The notes under the pieces were generated by a model. That model saw only the letters and a list, made by a program, of their open reading frames with translations, was not told where the DNA came from and searched no databases. Made by a program: the position numbers and the translations under genes. From positions 11,540 through 75,539 of the forward strand of contig JASHQE010000087.1 in assembly GCA_030037705.1 (NCBI GenBank): a stretch of 64,000 bases of DNA. Reading direction: 5' to 3'. How positions within the stretch are numbered: position 1 is the first letter of the stretch; every line of letters starts with the position of its first letter. Source of the DNA: Acidobacteriaceae bacterium (GTDB taxonomy: Bacteria; Acidobacteriota; Terriglobia; Terriglobales; Acidobacteriaceae). Shown here piece by piece: positions 17,466-26,649 of this stretch.

Positions 17466-19142
17466 CTAACGCCTGACGATTTCACCACCGACTGCAGTGA
17501 GCACAGCTTTTGTGTTCTCGATCTCAACGCTATCGATGTGAAAGATGTCCTGAGAGAGCACATCGAAGTCGGCCAACTTGCCCGGCGCAATGGACCCCTT
17601 GATGTCATCCTGACTCTCGGCGTAGGCCGAGCCGACAGTGTAGGCGTGTACGGCCTGAGCTACCGTAATCCGCTGCTCGGGAAACCAGCCGCCGGGGTTC
17701 TTTCCGTCGAGCGTGCGGCGGGTGACAGCCGCGTAGACGCCGGCCATTGGATCCATGGGCGCAACAAACCAGTCAGAGCCAAAGGCCAGCGTCGCGCCCG
17801 CATCCAGCAGCGATTTGAAGGCGTAGGTGGTCTCCGAGCGCTTGTGGCCGATACGATGCTCGGCCCAACGGCCGTCGTCGATGCAGTGATAAGGCTGCAC
17901 CGAAGCAATGACATGGAGCTGGGCAAAACGCGGGATGTCTTCGGGACGCAGATGCTGGGCATGTTCAATGCGTAAGCGGCGATCGGCGGGGCCATCCTCC
18001 TGCTCGAGACGCTGGTAGAGATCGAGGATAGTCTTATTAGCGCGGTCGCCGATGGCATGTACGGCAATATGCAGGCCGGCGCGGTCGGCAGCACGAAGAT
18101 CCTGGTAAAACTGCTCTGTGTTCGCAAGCTCTGCGGTAGGCAGGCCGAAGTTACCGGGCGCATCCGTGTAGGGCTCGAAAAACCAGGCCGTTCCTGAGCC
18201 CAGCGATCCGTCTGCGAAGGCCTTGAGCGAGCCAATGACCAGCCTGTCGTTGCCAAAGTTGGTCATGATGCCGAGGCTGGCAAGGCGCTCGTAGTGGTCA
18301 AGCGGAAAACGCGCCGACACACGCACCTTCCATTTCCCTTCAGCAATGAGGCGCTGATAACCGCGGACGATGAGCGCCTGCATATCGGCGGCTTTAGAGC
18401 CGGTGAAACCCATGTCCTGCACGCTGGTCACGCCGTTGTCGAGCGCGTACTTTTGCGCGGCCAGCAGCGCTTCGTTCACCTGGGCATCGGAAGGGGGCGG
18501 TATCACGCGCTCCACCAAATCTTTCGCGGCGTCTTTGAAAATGCCTGTAGGGTTTCCATCTTTGTCGCGCACGATCACGCCGCCGGGAACGTCGGGCGTA
18601 TCTTTCGTGATGCCGGCAAGCTTCATTGCGAGAGAGTTGGCCAGCATCATGTGGCCGTCGGATCGGTTCACCCAAACCGGATTGTTGGGAGTTACGGCGT
18701 CGATCCACTCGTGAGCAGGCAGTTCCACGGGAGTCCACTTTTCTTCATCCCAGTTCCCGTCGACGATCCATTCACCGGCGGCCCGCGTGCGCGCATAGGC
18801 GGCGATCCGGCGCACGAATTCCTCGCGGCTTGTGGCGTTGCGCAGGATCACGCTGGTCAGGCTCTGCCCACCCCAGAAAAAGTGCACGTGCGCATCGTTA
18901 AAGCCCGGGACCACGCGCTGCCCGTGCGCGTCGATGGTGCGCGTGTGCGGCCCGATGAGTTTTTCAATCTCCTGGTCGGCGCCTACCGCAAGAATGCGAT
19001 CCCCAGAAACGGCAAAGGCCTCGGCTTCCGGCTGCTGCGGATTTTCCGTCCAGACCTTGCCGTGGAGCAGGACGAGATCCGCCTGCCCATAAACCGGGAG
19101 CAGTGCTGCGCCGCATAAGAGCATGGAAGCCAACTTCTGCAT
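17466..19142 (-). CDS. amidohydrolase 3 (YtcJ-like), exported
   Basis: PGFNDAHVH, KAFADGSLGS, VHAIGDRAN, RIEHAQ, FGSDW and GSIAPGKLAD. N-terminal signal peptide. Confidence 0.92.
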   Translation of the reverse strand: MQKLASMLLCGAALLPVYGQADLVLLHGKVWTENPQQPEAEAFAVSGDRILAVGADQEIEKLIGPHTRTIDAHGQRVVPGFNDAHVHFFWGGQSLTSVILRNATSREEFVRRIAAYARTRAAGEWIVDGNWDEEKWTPVELPAHEWIDAVTPNNPVWVNRSDGHMMLANSLAMKLAGITKDTPDVPGGVIVRDKDGNPTGIFKDAAKDLVERVIPPPSDAQVNEALLAAQKYALDNGVTSVQDMGFTGSKAADMQALIVRGYQRLIAEGKWKVRVSARFPLDHYERLASLGIMTNFGNDRLVIGSLKAFADGSLGSGTAWFFEPYTDAPGNFGLPTAELANTEQFYQDLRAADRAGLHIAVHAIGDRANKTILDLYQRLEQEDGPADRRLRIEHAQHLRPEDIPRFAQLHVIASVQPYHCIDDGRWAEHRIGHKRSETTYAFKSLLDAGATLAFGSDWFVAPMDPMAGVYAAVTRRTLDGKNPGGWFPEQRITVAQAVHAYTVGSAYAESQDDIKGSIAPGKLADFDVLSQDIFHIDSVEIENTKAVLTAVGGEIVRR

Positions 19143-19235
19143 GGGAATTCCGGACTCATTTGCTGGTGTTGCGGAAATCGAAGTTCTATCGCCGTCTGCA
19201 CGAACAGCGGCCGCAAACGCGATGAAACTTTGTCC

Positions 19236-19308
19236 CTGGTTTGTTTAAAGTAGTATGAAAGTCTGGATTACGTAAAGTGCCAGAAATAACGAGTGTGATG
19301 GTGCCAGA
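19236..19308. promoter_or_regulatory. putative MocR-type operator (direct plus inverted repeats)
   Basis: GTGCCAGA at 19277-19284 and 19301-19308; inverted half-sites TCTGG (19262-19266) and CTGG (19236-19239), all in the divergent intergenic region. Confidence 0.5.
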
Positions 19309-19310
19309 GG

Positions 19311-20723
19311 ATGAAAGCGCCGCGAAATCTGATTCTTAACCGAGGCGCCGATCGCTCGATGCAGGCGCAGTTGAGCGGTCAGCTCAGAAGGATGATCCAG
19401 ACGGGCGAACTGCAGGCCGGAGAACATCTGCCGTCGACGCGGGAGTTGGCTCATGCGCTCTTGGTCTCGCGCAACACCGTCGTGGCGGCATACGAAATAC
19501 TGCTGGGCGAGGGCTATGTTGAGGCGGAGCTGCGCCGCGGCTTCACAGTGAACAAAGCGGCGCAGGCATTTCGGGCTATGCCGCTGCGTCCTCGGGAGCG
19601 GCGGGAGCCCGAGCGCGCGCCATCGTTGCCGGCCATGCCGGTCCCCTTTCGTCCAACGCAACCGGATGTCCATCTTTTTCCGCTGCCGATCTGGAATCGG
19701 CATCGTACCCGCGTGCTGCGCAAAGGTGCCAACCTGCTGCAGTATCAGTCGCGGTTTCCGGTCGGGCTCGACGAGCTGCGGTCGAGCGTGGCGGATTACT
19801 TGCGCGACAGCCGTGGCGTCCGCTGCGGATGGCACCAGATCGCCATCACCAACGGCTCGCAGCAGGGCTTGTTCCTTCTGGCGCATCTATTGCTTCGTGC
19901 GGGAGATCGCGTGATTATGGAAGATCCGGGCTATCCCGGCGCGCGTAACGCATGGAACCATGCGGGCGCAACCATCGTTCCAGCTCCCGTGGACGACGAA
20001 GGCATCCGCCTGGCCGGGGGCGAAATGCCGGATGCATCGGTCATTTATGTGACGCCTTCCCACCAGTTCCCGCTGGGGGCGTGCATGTCGCTGGGACGGA
20101 GACTCTCGTTGCTCCAGGTGGCCCGCGCAGCCAACATGTGGATCGTGGAGGATGACTATGATGCGGAATTTCGCTATACGAGCCTGCCGCAGCCCAGTCT
20201 GCAAAGTCTCGACGAGCACGGCCGCGTAATCTATGTAGGATCGTTCAGCAAGACGCTTTGCCCGGGTCTCCGCCTCGGATATGTGGTTCTGCCGCCGGCC
20301 CTGGTGGAACCGTTCGCTGCGCTCAAGTCGACGATGGACGACTATAGTCCGCTCGTCGATCAAGCCACTCTGGCGGCTTTTCTCGACAGCGGTGGGTTTT
20401 ATGCGCATCTGCGGCGTTGCCGGCGGCGCTATGCAGAAAGGCAGGCCTTTTTCCTCGAGCAGATCGAGCGCCGCAAGTTGCCGCTGAAATTTCCGGTAAC
20501 CGGGCGCGGCATGAATTTAGCCGGCATGCTGCCAGAGCACTTGAACGACGAAAGGATAAGCAGGCGGTTACAGACAGCCGGGCTGGATATTCCGGCGCTC
20601 TCGCGTTACGCCATGCGACCTGTCCGGCCTGGGCTGCTATTCGGCCTGGCGGCGTTTGACCTAAAGCAGATCCGAGAGGGCGTAAGCCGGATGGCGCCGG
20701 TCTTTACGGCGGCTTTCCGATAA
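19311..20723 (+). CDS. MocR/GabR-family PLP-dependent transcriptional regulator
   Basis: GntR HTH (LPSTRELA...VSRNTV..AY) plus aminotransferase domain (TPSHQFPLG, EDDYD, GSFSKTL.PGLRLGY). Confidence 0.95.
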   Translation: MKAPRNLILNRGADRSMQAQLSGQLRRMIQTGELQAGEHLPSTRELAHALLVSRNTVVAAYEILLGEGYVEAELRRGFTVNKAAQAFRAMPLRPRERREPERAPSLPAMPVPFRPTQPDVHLFPLPIWNRHRTRVLRKGANLLQYQSRFPVGLDELRSSVADYLRDSRGVRCGWHQIAITNGSQQGLFLLAHLLLRAGDRVIMEDPGYPGARNAWNHAGATIVPAPVDDEGIRLAGGEMPDASVIYVTPSHQFPLGACMSLGRRLSLLQVARAANMWIVEDDYDAEFRYTSLPQPSLQSLDEHGRVIYVGSFSKTLCPGLRLGYVVLPPALVEPFAALKSTMDDYSPLVDQATLAAFLDSGGFYAHLRRCRRRYAERQAFFLEQIERRKLPLKFPVTGRGMNLAGMLPEHLNDERISRRLQTAGLDIPALSRYAMRPVRPGLLFGLAAFDLKQIREGVSRMAPVFTAAFR

Positions 20724-20812
20724 TCACGCTGGAGGTTTGACAGAGATACCCAGTAAGACGGACATCTTCCATCTCTCTGATGGAGACTTATCAGTAAATC
20801 CGCCAGAGCTTT

Positions 20813-21838
20813 CTACAGGCCTGCGCGAACGAGCGCTAGAATCGTTTCCCGCGCCTCCCGTATGATTTCGTCCACGATCAGGCCTGCCGGCTTGATCGTG
20901 CGGACGCCGCCGACGCTTTGGCCTGCATAAAGGGCACAGGCTTCCCATTCGCCACTCATCCCGACAACTGGAGGCATATCGTCATAACGGCGAATCTCCG
21001 TGCCGTTTTGTAAGCGGCCGATGACCTCGTTTTCATTCGGTCGCATACCGGTGTTCGGTCGTCCGGCCTTGTCCCATGCGTCGACGGTGGAATTCCGCAG
21101 GACGCGGTGAGGTGCGTTCGGCCATCCGCCATCGAAGAGGCGGAGGTGTTGCGTGTCACTTTCTCCGGAACGAAGCAGGTGCGTCTTGAATGCCGGATGT
21201 GCCAGAGATTCCATACTTGCCGCAAAACGGGTGCCCATCCAAACGCCAGACGCGCCCAGGGCAAGAGCCGCAGCCAGACCACGCCCATCAGCAAAACCTC
21301 CGGCCGCAACCACAGGTACTGGGGCAACGGCGTCAACGACCGCGGGAATGAGTGCAATCGAGCCCGCGACTCCTCGGACGTGCCCGCCCGCCTCAAAGCC
21401 CTGGCAAACGATCACATCTGCGCCGGCATCTGCAGCTTTGCGTGCTTCTTCGGAACTGCCGACACTCACCATGGTTTTGGCGCCCGTTCGTTGCGCCAGG
21501 GAAATGTATGGAGCGGGATCTCCCCAAAACAGAGATACGATTTTGGCGCCGCTATCAAGGCAGGCGTTCAGGCGGTCAGTCTGGTCCCATTCAAGGACGA
21601 GATTGACCCCAAATGGCGCCTGCGTGGCCGCACGCGTCTGTGAGATCTTTTCACAGCACCGCGGCAGAGAATCCCAGGACAATGCCAGTATCCCGAGGCC
21701 GCCGGCTTCACTGACAGCGGCAGCCAGCGCCGGGCAGGAAAAGCTTCCGATCGGCGCCTGAATGATGGGGACGCGAATCCCAAGCAGTGTTGTGAGCGAC
21801 GTGACCAGCGATTCCGGTTGGAGCATACCGTCGGGCAA
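20813..21838 (-). CDS. nitronate monooxygenase / FabK-like flavoprotein
   Basis: PIIQAPIG, AVSEAGGLG, QGFEAGGH, VVAAGGFADGRG, MGTRF and YAGQSVG. TTG start with GGAGGAG RBS. Confidence 0.9.
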   Translation of the reverse strand: MPDGMLQPESLVTSLTTLLGIRVPIIQAPIGSFSCPALAAAVSEAGGLGILALSWDSLPRCCEKISQTRAATQAPFGVNLVLEWDQTDRLNACLDSGAKIVSLFWGDPAPYISLAQRTGAKTMVSVGSSEEARKAADAGADVIVCQGFEAGGHVRGVAGSIALIPAVVDAVAPVPVVAAGGFADGRGLAAALALGASGVWMGTRFAASMESLAHPAFKTHLLRSGESDTQHLRLFDGGWPNAPHRVLRNSTVDAWDKAGRPNTGMRPNENEVIGRLQNGTEIRRYDDMPPVVGMSGEWEACALYAGQSVGGVRTIKPAGLIVDEIIREARETILALVRAGL

Positions 21839-21988
21839 TTCCGTCTCCTCCGCGTCGGCAATAGATGGACATATGATGACAGAGAGCAGTCAGAACACGG
21901 CGTAGTCCTCAGTTCGTGGCGAAAGCTCGCTGGCACTGGAACTCCCCTGGCCCGGCTGCGTAACATACTTAGCGCCCGGAGGTCCTGC

Positions 21989-22561
21989 ATGCTCTGGTTC
22001 TACGAAGCTTTCTTTCCCGTTCTCTGGATCGCCTTTTTCATCTACTGGATGATCAAAGCCATCAGTGCGAAAATCACCCTGCGTCTCGAACCCGCCGCCT
22101 CGCGCATCCTGCGCGGCGTCATCTTTCTGATCGCGATCGTCCTGTTCTCGACAACGCGCATCCCGCTGCGCTGGCTCTACCTTCAGCCCTGGCCGGCTGG
22201 GCTTTGGCCCTTCTGGCTGGGAGCTGCCGTCATGGTCGCCGGCGTTCTCTTCGCCGTCTGGGCGCGACAGCACCTGGGCCGCAACTGGAGCAGCTCCGTT
22301 ACGATTAAGGAGCGCCACGAGCTGATCACCACCGGGCCCTATGCAGTGGTCCGTCACCCCATTTATACCGGCATTCTGGCCGGGTTGCTTGGCACCGCGA
22401 TCGCCCTCTCCCAGGTGCGCGGATTTATCGCTGTCGCCCTCATCTTTCTCATGTACTGGGTCAAGCTCCGCATAGAGGAGCAATGGATGCGCTCCCAGTT
22501 TGGGGAAACATACGCCACCTATGTCCATCAGACCGCAGCCCTGGTGCCTTACCTCTTCTGA
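21989..22561 (+). CDS. isoprenylcysteine carboxylmethyltransferase (ICMT/Ste14) family membrane protein
   Basis: WARQHLGRNWS, HELITTGPYAVVRHPIYTG and EE..M...FG..Y..Y. RBS GGAGG precedes ATG21989. Confidence 0.9.
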   Translation: MLWFYEAFFPVLWIAFFIYWMIKAISAKITLRLEPAASRILRGVIFLIAIVLFSTTRIPLRWLYLQPWPAGLWPFWLGAAVMVAGVLFAVWARQHLGRNWSSSVTIKERHELITTGPYAVVRHPIYTGILAGLLGTAIALSQVRGFIAVALIFLMYWVKLRIEEQWMRSQFGETYATYVHQTAALVPYLF

Positions 22562-22650
22562 TCGCCGACACTAATTCGGATTTTAATCCTGAACGGGTTC
22601 GCTCCCGTGATTACTCTGTATAGTCGCGCAAGCTTCACGATTGTCCGCAA

Positions 22651-23694
22651 TCACAGATTCTGTTGTGTGCCCGAATCATTGGATGTCCCTTTTCGAGCGC
22701 CGAGCTGGTCTGCGAGCCACCCGGTAATACCGTCTTTTCCCAATCCCTTTGCTTCTTCGTTCCAATCCGGATAACGCATCACTGCGCCGAATGAGGGCGC
22801 CGCAGCGGCGATCTTATCCTTTGCTGCCGGCGGCGTGACCGGATCAGAGAGAACCTGTTGAATATGAATTGCCCTATCTTTTAGCTGCGGCAAGTAGGTA
22901 ACCGGATCAAGCCCCGCAACGCTCTGCAAAAATTCCGGCTTGAGATAGGCAGGGCGTTCTTCTTCGGGAATCTGTTTGGAGCTTTTCAGCCAATCAGGCC
23001 AATCTCCCCAGGGGTCCATCAGATCGAGTACGCGAATACGAGAATCGGCAGCAGCGGCGAGAATGGCGACAGCTCCTCCCGATCCTTGTCCGAACATGCC
23101 TACATGATGTGTATCGAGATCGCCGCGGGTTTCGAGATAATTGAGCACCATTTGTACGTCGTGCGCAGATGTTGCGAGAGCTTCCTGCAACTGACTGACA
23201 AACCATTCCTTCAGCGGGCGTGGAGAACGGAGCCGCGACCATGAGAGCGCAGACGCAAAGCCAACTGCGGCATAACCATTCTTTTCGACGAGATTGCACC
23301 AGCGGTTCTCGCGAAAGATAGCTTCATCAACGATGTAGTTGTACATGAACAGAACCACAGGCGGATTCTTAGTGGCACGGGGCTTGATCACATAAACGTC
23401 GATTGGATCATTGGTGCGCCAGTGGAATTGCAGTAACTCGCGTGTGCACCCTGGCAACTCGGCTTTACTGAGAAGCACGCCTCCAATTTGGTTGAGTGGC
23501 AACCCGCTCTTTGCGAGATCAATGGTTGTCCAAATTTCGCCGGTAGGTATTTGAAGGGAGATCCCCGATGAAGAAGAGCCTTGCGCTTTGACTGTTGGCG
23601 TCTCAGGAATCTGCGTAACGGGAACGGTTTGTGCGCACAATGGTGGGACGATGAGAGCAATCGCTACAAACATTTTAACGAGACGAATGGACAT
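22651..23694 (-). CDS. exported alpha/beta-hydrolase-fold protein with non-canonical catalytic motifs
   Basis: Signal peptide; PPVVLFMY; DVQMVLNYLETRGDLD..HVGMFGQGSGG..AILAAAAD.RI pattern. RBS AGGAG precedes ATG23694. Confidence 0.7.
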   Translation of the reverse strand: MSIRLVKMFVAIALIVPPLCAQTVPVTQIPETPTVKAQGSSSSGISLQIPTGEIWTTIDLAKSGLPLNQIGGVLLSKAELPGCTRELLQFHWRTNDPIDVYVIKPRATKNPPVVLFMYNYIVDEAIFRENRWCNLVEKNGYAAVGFASALSWSRLRSPRPLKEWFVSQLQEALATSAHDVQMVLNYLETRGDLDTHHVGMFGQGSGGAVAILAAAADSRIRVLDLMDPWGDWPDWLKSSKQIPEEERPAYLKPEFLQSVAGLDPVTYLPQLKDRAIHIQQVLSDPVTPPAAKDKIAAAAPSFGAVMRYPDWNEEAKGLGKDGITGWLADQLGARKGTSNDSGTQQNL

Positions 23695-23744
23695 GTTCCG
23701 GCTCCTATGAAAAGGGCGAGACGCGCGGTGGAGAGCTTTGTCGC

Positions 23745-23782
23745 AAGAAATCGGCAGACCCGCTTTGGAAGCAGGTCTGCCG
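23745..23782 (-). terminator. intrinsic terminator/attenuator-like hairpin after the 617-aa gene
   Basis: Minus strand reads CGGCAGACCTGCTT-CCA-AAGCGGGTCTGCCG followed by ATTTCTT. Confidence 0.6.
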
Positions 23783-23816
23783 GTGTGAGGGTTCGAGGGC
23801 TGCAAGAGGACAAGGC

Positions 23817-25670
23817 TTAGCGGCGCTCTGCTGTCCAACCGTTGGTAACGCTGTTGCTGAGGCAGTATTTGTTATCTGATTCAGGCGTTCCCGTAGAGCC
23901 GGTGAGCCGGATGATTGCACCGCCCACGTCGCCGCCTGCTTCTGGCAGCGCACTGCAATTGCTGCCTGTTTCACCATCTGTATAGAAGGTGCCAAGCGTA
24001 TTGTCACCATTGACGTTGACGGTGGGGTAGCCGGCGCCGGCCGGTGGCGTGAAGTGTGAGCGGAGAACCGACATTTTGCCGATCGCCACGAAGTTGGGTG
24101 CGATGCCAGAAGGCACGAACTGCTGTGCTTCGCTGGAGAGTTGCGTTACAGGTGTCAGTGCGGTCGTGCCGCCATTGACCAGGCGCAGCAGCGACCAGAC
24201 GGGATAAGTGCCATTGGCAATGTTATGCAGATCGACGTTCTCGATCTGGCTGCTGGTGGTGGGAATTACGCCACTGAACGACGGGCAGGCGTTGCCAAGA
24301 TAGTTGGTGCCGCTGCATGTCAGTGGATCGACGCCGTTGACCTCCAGATAGAAGGCATCTGGCGCGGCGCTGTTGGTAAAGCCAGCGAAGTTGGACACGC
24401 TCCAGAAGCCGTAGCCCAACGTGTTGTCGCTTGAACTGCTAGTGAGGTTGATGACCTCGCTCAGTTCTTGGCTTGTGCCGATGGCGCGGACACGCGCACC
24501 GCCGCTGGTCGTGCTGATGTCCATCGGATTAGAGAGCGGGCCGGTATCCGTGCTGTTGCAATTCACCTGTGAGCTGGGCTGGTCCTGGCCCACATCCTGT
24601 GAAGTGTAGTTTCCGGTGACGCTGAACGTGCTGTTCGTGATTGTGTTGGGAACGTTGTACTCCACTGTATTGTAGGTTCCCGAGAGCGGTTCGCGAATAA
24701 CCACGGTGACGGGGCTGCCCGAGGCGGTGGAAGAATCGAGCTGGTTGGTATACGAGTAGGTTCCATCCAGCAGTTTGGCCAGATTCGAGTCGCTGACGTT
24801 GAGGTTGCTGGCGGAGCTGGAGGGCCATCCGCTGCCGTTCACGACAAACACGACCGGCGAAGCTCCAACAGTGGTGACCGCATAGTTGTTGATGGTTTGA
24901 TTTGAGCTATTCGTTGATGTCGGAAGGCTGAAATCAATCACGTGGAATACGCTGCTGCTGAAGAAGCTGTCAACGTTGCCGCCGTTGGTATAGCCGAGCC
25001 CGAGGTAGGAGGAGCCTGACGCCACTCCGCTGTCGCAGGTCGTCGTCGCGCGCGTAACGGCGAACTCCGCGTCTTCCGGACGAATGTCCGTTCCTGCATA
25101 GTTTACCGTCGCGTCATTCAATGCAGTCGCGACGGCGGTTGGGAGCGAGCATTCACCAGGGCTCGACCCCGTCGTGGTTCCGCAAGTCCCAGAGCTCGGA
25201 TAGATCAGATTCGAAGTGCCCGGATCTGTAGTGGGATAGGCTACGCTGCACTCCGGTGTCGCGTTGTTGATTGCATTAAATAAGCAGCGGTCGCCTACGA
25301 CGGAGTCCACCTGCAAGTAGGCGTAGATGTATACCGTGTCTCCCGAGCCATAGTTGCTGCAGCTTCCAGAGTTGACCGTTGACGGAGTCCACGCAACCCA
25401 GGCGCTGCCCTTGTCCGTGAGAGAGCTGCCTGTGCTGGTGTCGGTAGCGATCGCGGAATTGGTGTTTTCGGTCCAAAGGCACGTTGCACTGACAGAAGAG
25501 CCGCTGATAGTGAAAGCATCGGGATAGGATGCGGCTTCGCCAAGTGCAAGAAAGAGGCCAGAAGAGCCGCTTCCGGTGAGTTGCACGGAGTAGGTTTGCG
25601 CATTGGCCCGCGTGGACAGTGCAATCACTGTCAGGCCAATAACGAACGCTGCCTTCATGAGTTTCTTCAT
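23817..25670 (-). CDS. secreted Ser/Thr/Asn-rich protein with PstS-like (periplasmic binding protein type 2) motifs
   Basis: Signal peptide (ANA-Q); LTGSGSS, AGTDIRP, REPLSGTY, LGYGF and VNGVDP...NIANGTYPVW in PstS-family order; 12 Cys; RBS TAAGGAG. Confidence 0.65.
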   Translation of the reverse strand: MKKLMKAAFVIGLTVIALSTRANAQTYSVQLTGSGSSGLFLALGEAASYPDAFTISGSSVSATCLWTENTNSAIATDTSTGSSLTDKGSAWVAWTPSTVNSGSCSNYGSGDTVYIYAYLQVDSVVGDRCLFNAINNATPECSVAYPTTDPGTSNLIYPSSGTCGTTTGSSPGECSLPTAVATALNDATVNYAGTDIRPEDAEFAVTRATTTCDSGVASGSSYLGLGYTNGGNVDSFFSSSVFHVIDFSLPTSTNSSNQTINNYAVTTVGASPVVFVVNGSGWPSSSASNLNVSDSNLAKLLDGTYSYTNQLDSSTASGSPVTVVIREPLSGTYNTVEYNVPNTITNSTFSVTGNYTSQDVGQDQPSSQVNCNSTDTGPLSNPMDISTTSGGARVRAIGTSQELSEVINLTSSSSDNTLGYGFWSVSNFAGFTNSAAPDAFYLEVNGVDPLTCSGTNYLGNACPSFSGVIPTTSSQIENVDLHNIANGTYPVWSLLRLVNGGTTALTPVTQLSSEAQQFVPSGIAPNFVAIGKMSVLRSHFTPPAGAGYPTVNVNGDNTLGTFYTDGETGSNCSALPEAGGDVGGAIIRLTGSTGTPESDNKYCLSNSVTNGWTAERR

Positions 25671-25909
25671 GAGTGTGCTCCTTAGAGGTGATGCTGGTTA
25701 GGGAATAGCTCGACGTGAACGTCCGTTTCGGGTCCTCACGCCGAAGCCGTTGACTGGTAGATCGCACTCGATTGCATGTTGGGAACTGCTGAGTGCTTTA
25801 CGACTCTTGAGGAAACCTGTCTAAATCTCTGGGGGAAGTGCGTCTCGATGCGAACTACGAAATGTGATCGGCCTCTGCGCGGCACCGTTTTTGCGCTTCT
25901 GCCTGGGTA

Positions 25910-25937
25910 GACAATGTGTTGCAGAGGCTCTCAACAG
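25910..25937 (-). promoter_or_regulatory. putative ECF-sigma promoter (left arm)
   Basis: Minus strand CTGTTGAGA-gcctctgcaacaca-TTGTC. Identical boxes and 14-bp spacer to the 26519-26546 copy. Confidence 0.65.
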
Positions 25938-26518
25938 CACAAGGATTGAATTCACCGGAATGCAACTGGAAGTTCACCTCGGCTCAACAGCGGCCGATGT
26001 CGTCCTTGCTCTATTGAAGTTTCAATGACAAGTTTTTGGGTGCTGCCGCAGGTGTGATCGGGCGGCAAAAACGAGCTCAGTTGACGATTTCAGAGCCGGT
26101 GACCTCATCCTTTGAATCAGCGTTCTTCCATGAATCCCATTTGGATGAAATGGTTCACGCGTGTCTCACACGTTTCGTGCTGCGAGGACTGAGCCATCCA
26201 TGGAACATGGTTGCAGTTTGGTTCTGGCCGTCAGCTCGCGAATGCACTGGAGACAGTTATCCGGACTTTGCGGCTATAAGGAGCAAAGGATTTTATGCAC
26301 CGCGATTCAGGATCAAAGGCTCATATCTACAGTCGAAATCCACAAGAAGGCGCGAGAATGGGTGACAAGTTTTATCTATCTTTAACGTTTCCTTCAGTAC
26401 TCGTGTGCTAAGCATGTTACATAATCAGAAAGTTTTCATGTGAGCCCGTGTAACGGTGTTTGTTTCGTTGATGGTGCGGGCGGCACGCGCTTCTAATCTT
26501 TAGAATTCTCCACCACGC

Positions 26519-26546
26519 CTGTTGAGAAAACACCTGCTCAGTTGTC
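26519..26546 (+). promoter_or_regulatory. putative ECF-sigma promoter (right arm)
   Basis: CTGTTGAGA-aaacacctgctcag-TTGTC, about 100 bp upstream of the large lipoprotein gene. Confidence 0.65.
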
Positions 26547-26649
26547 ACTTTAGTGGTGCCCCATTTCTGACAGTCCCCTCCCGGGTCAAGCTTCAGGAAT
26601 AGCTGTGCTGCGTTGTTCTGAAAAGAAAGACGAGGCCAAGAGTGTGTGT

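Noticed and set aside
26036-26385. Short ORFs in the ~980-bp divergent intergenic region
   Set aside because: No convincing RBS or motifs; the region looks lower in GC and regulatory.
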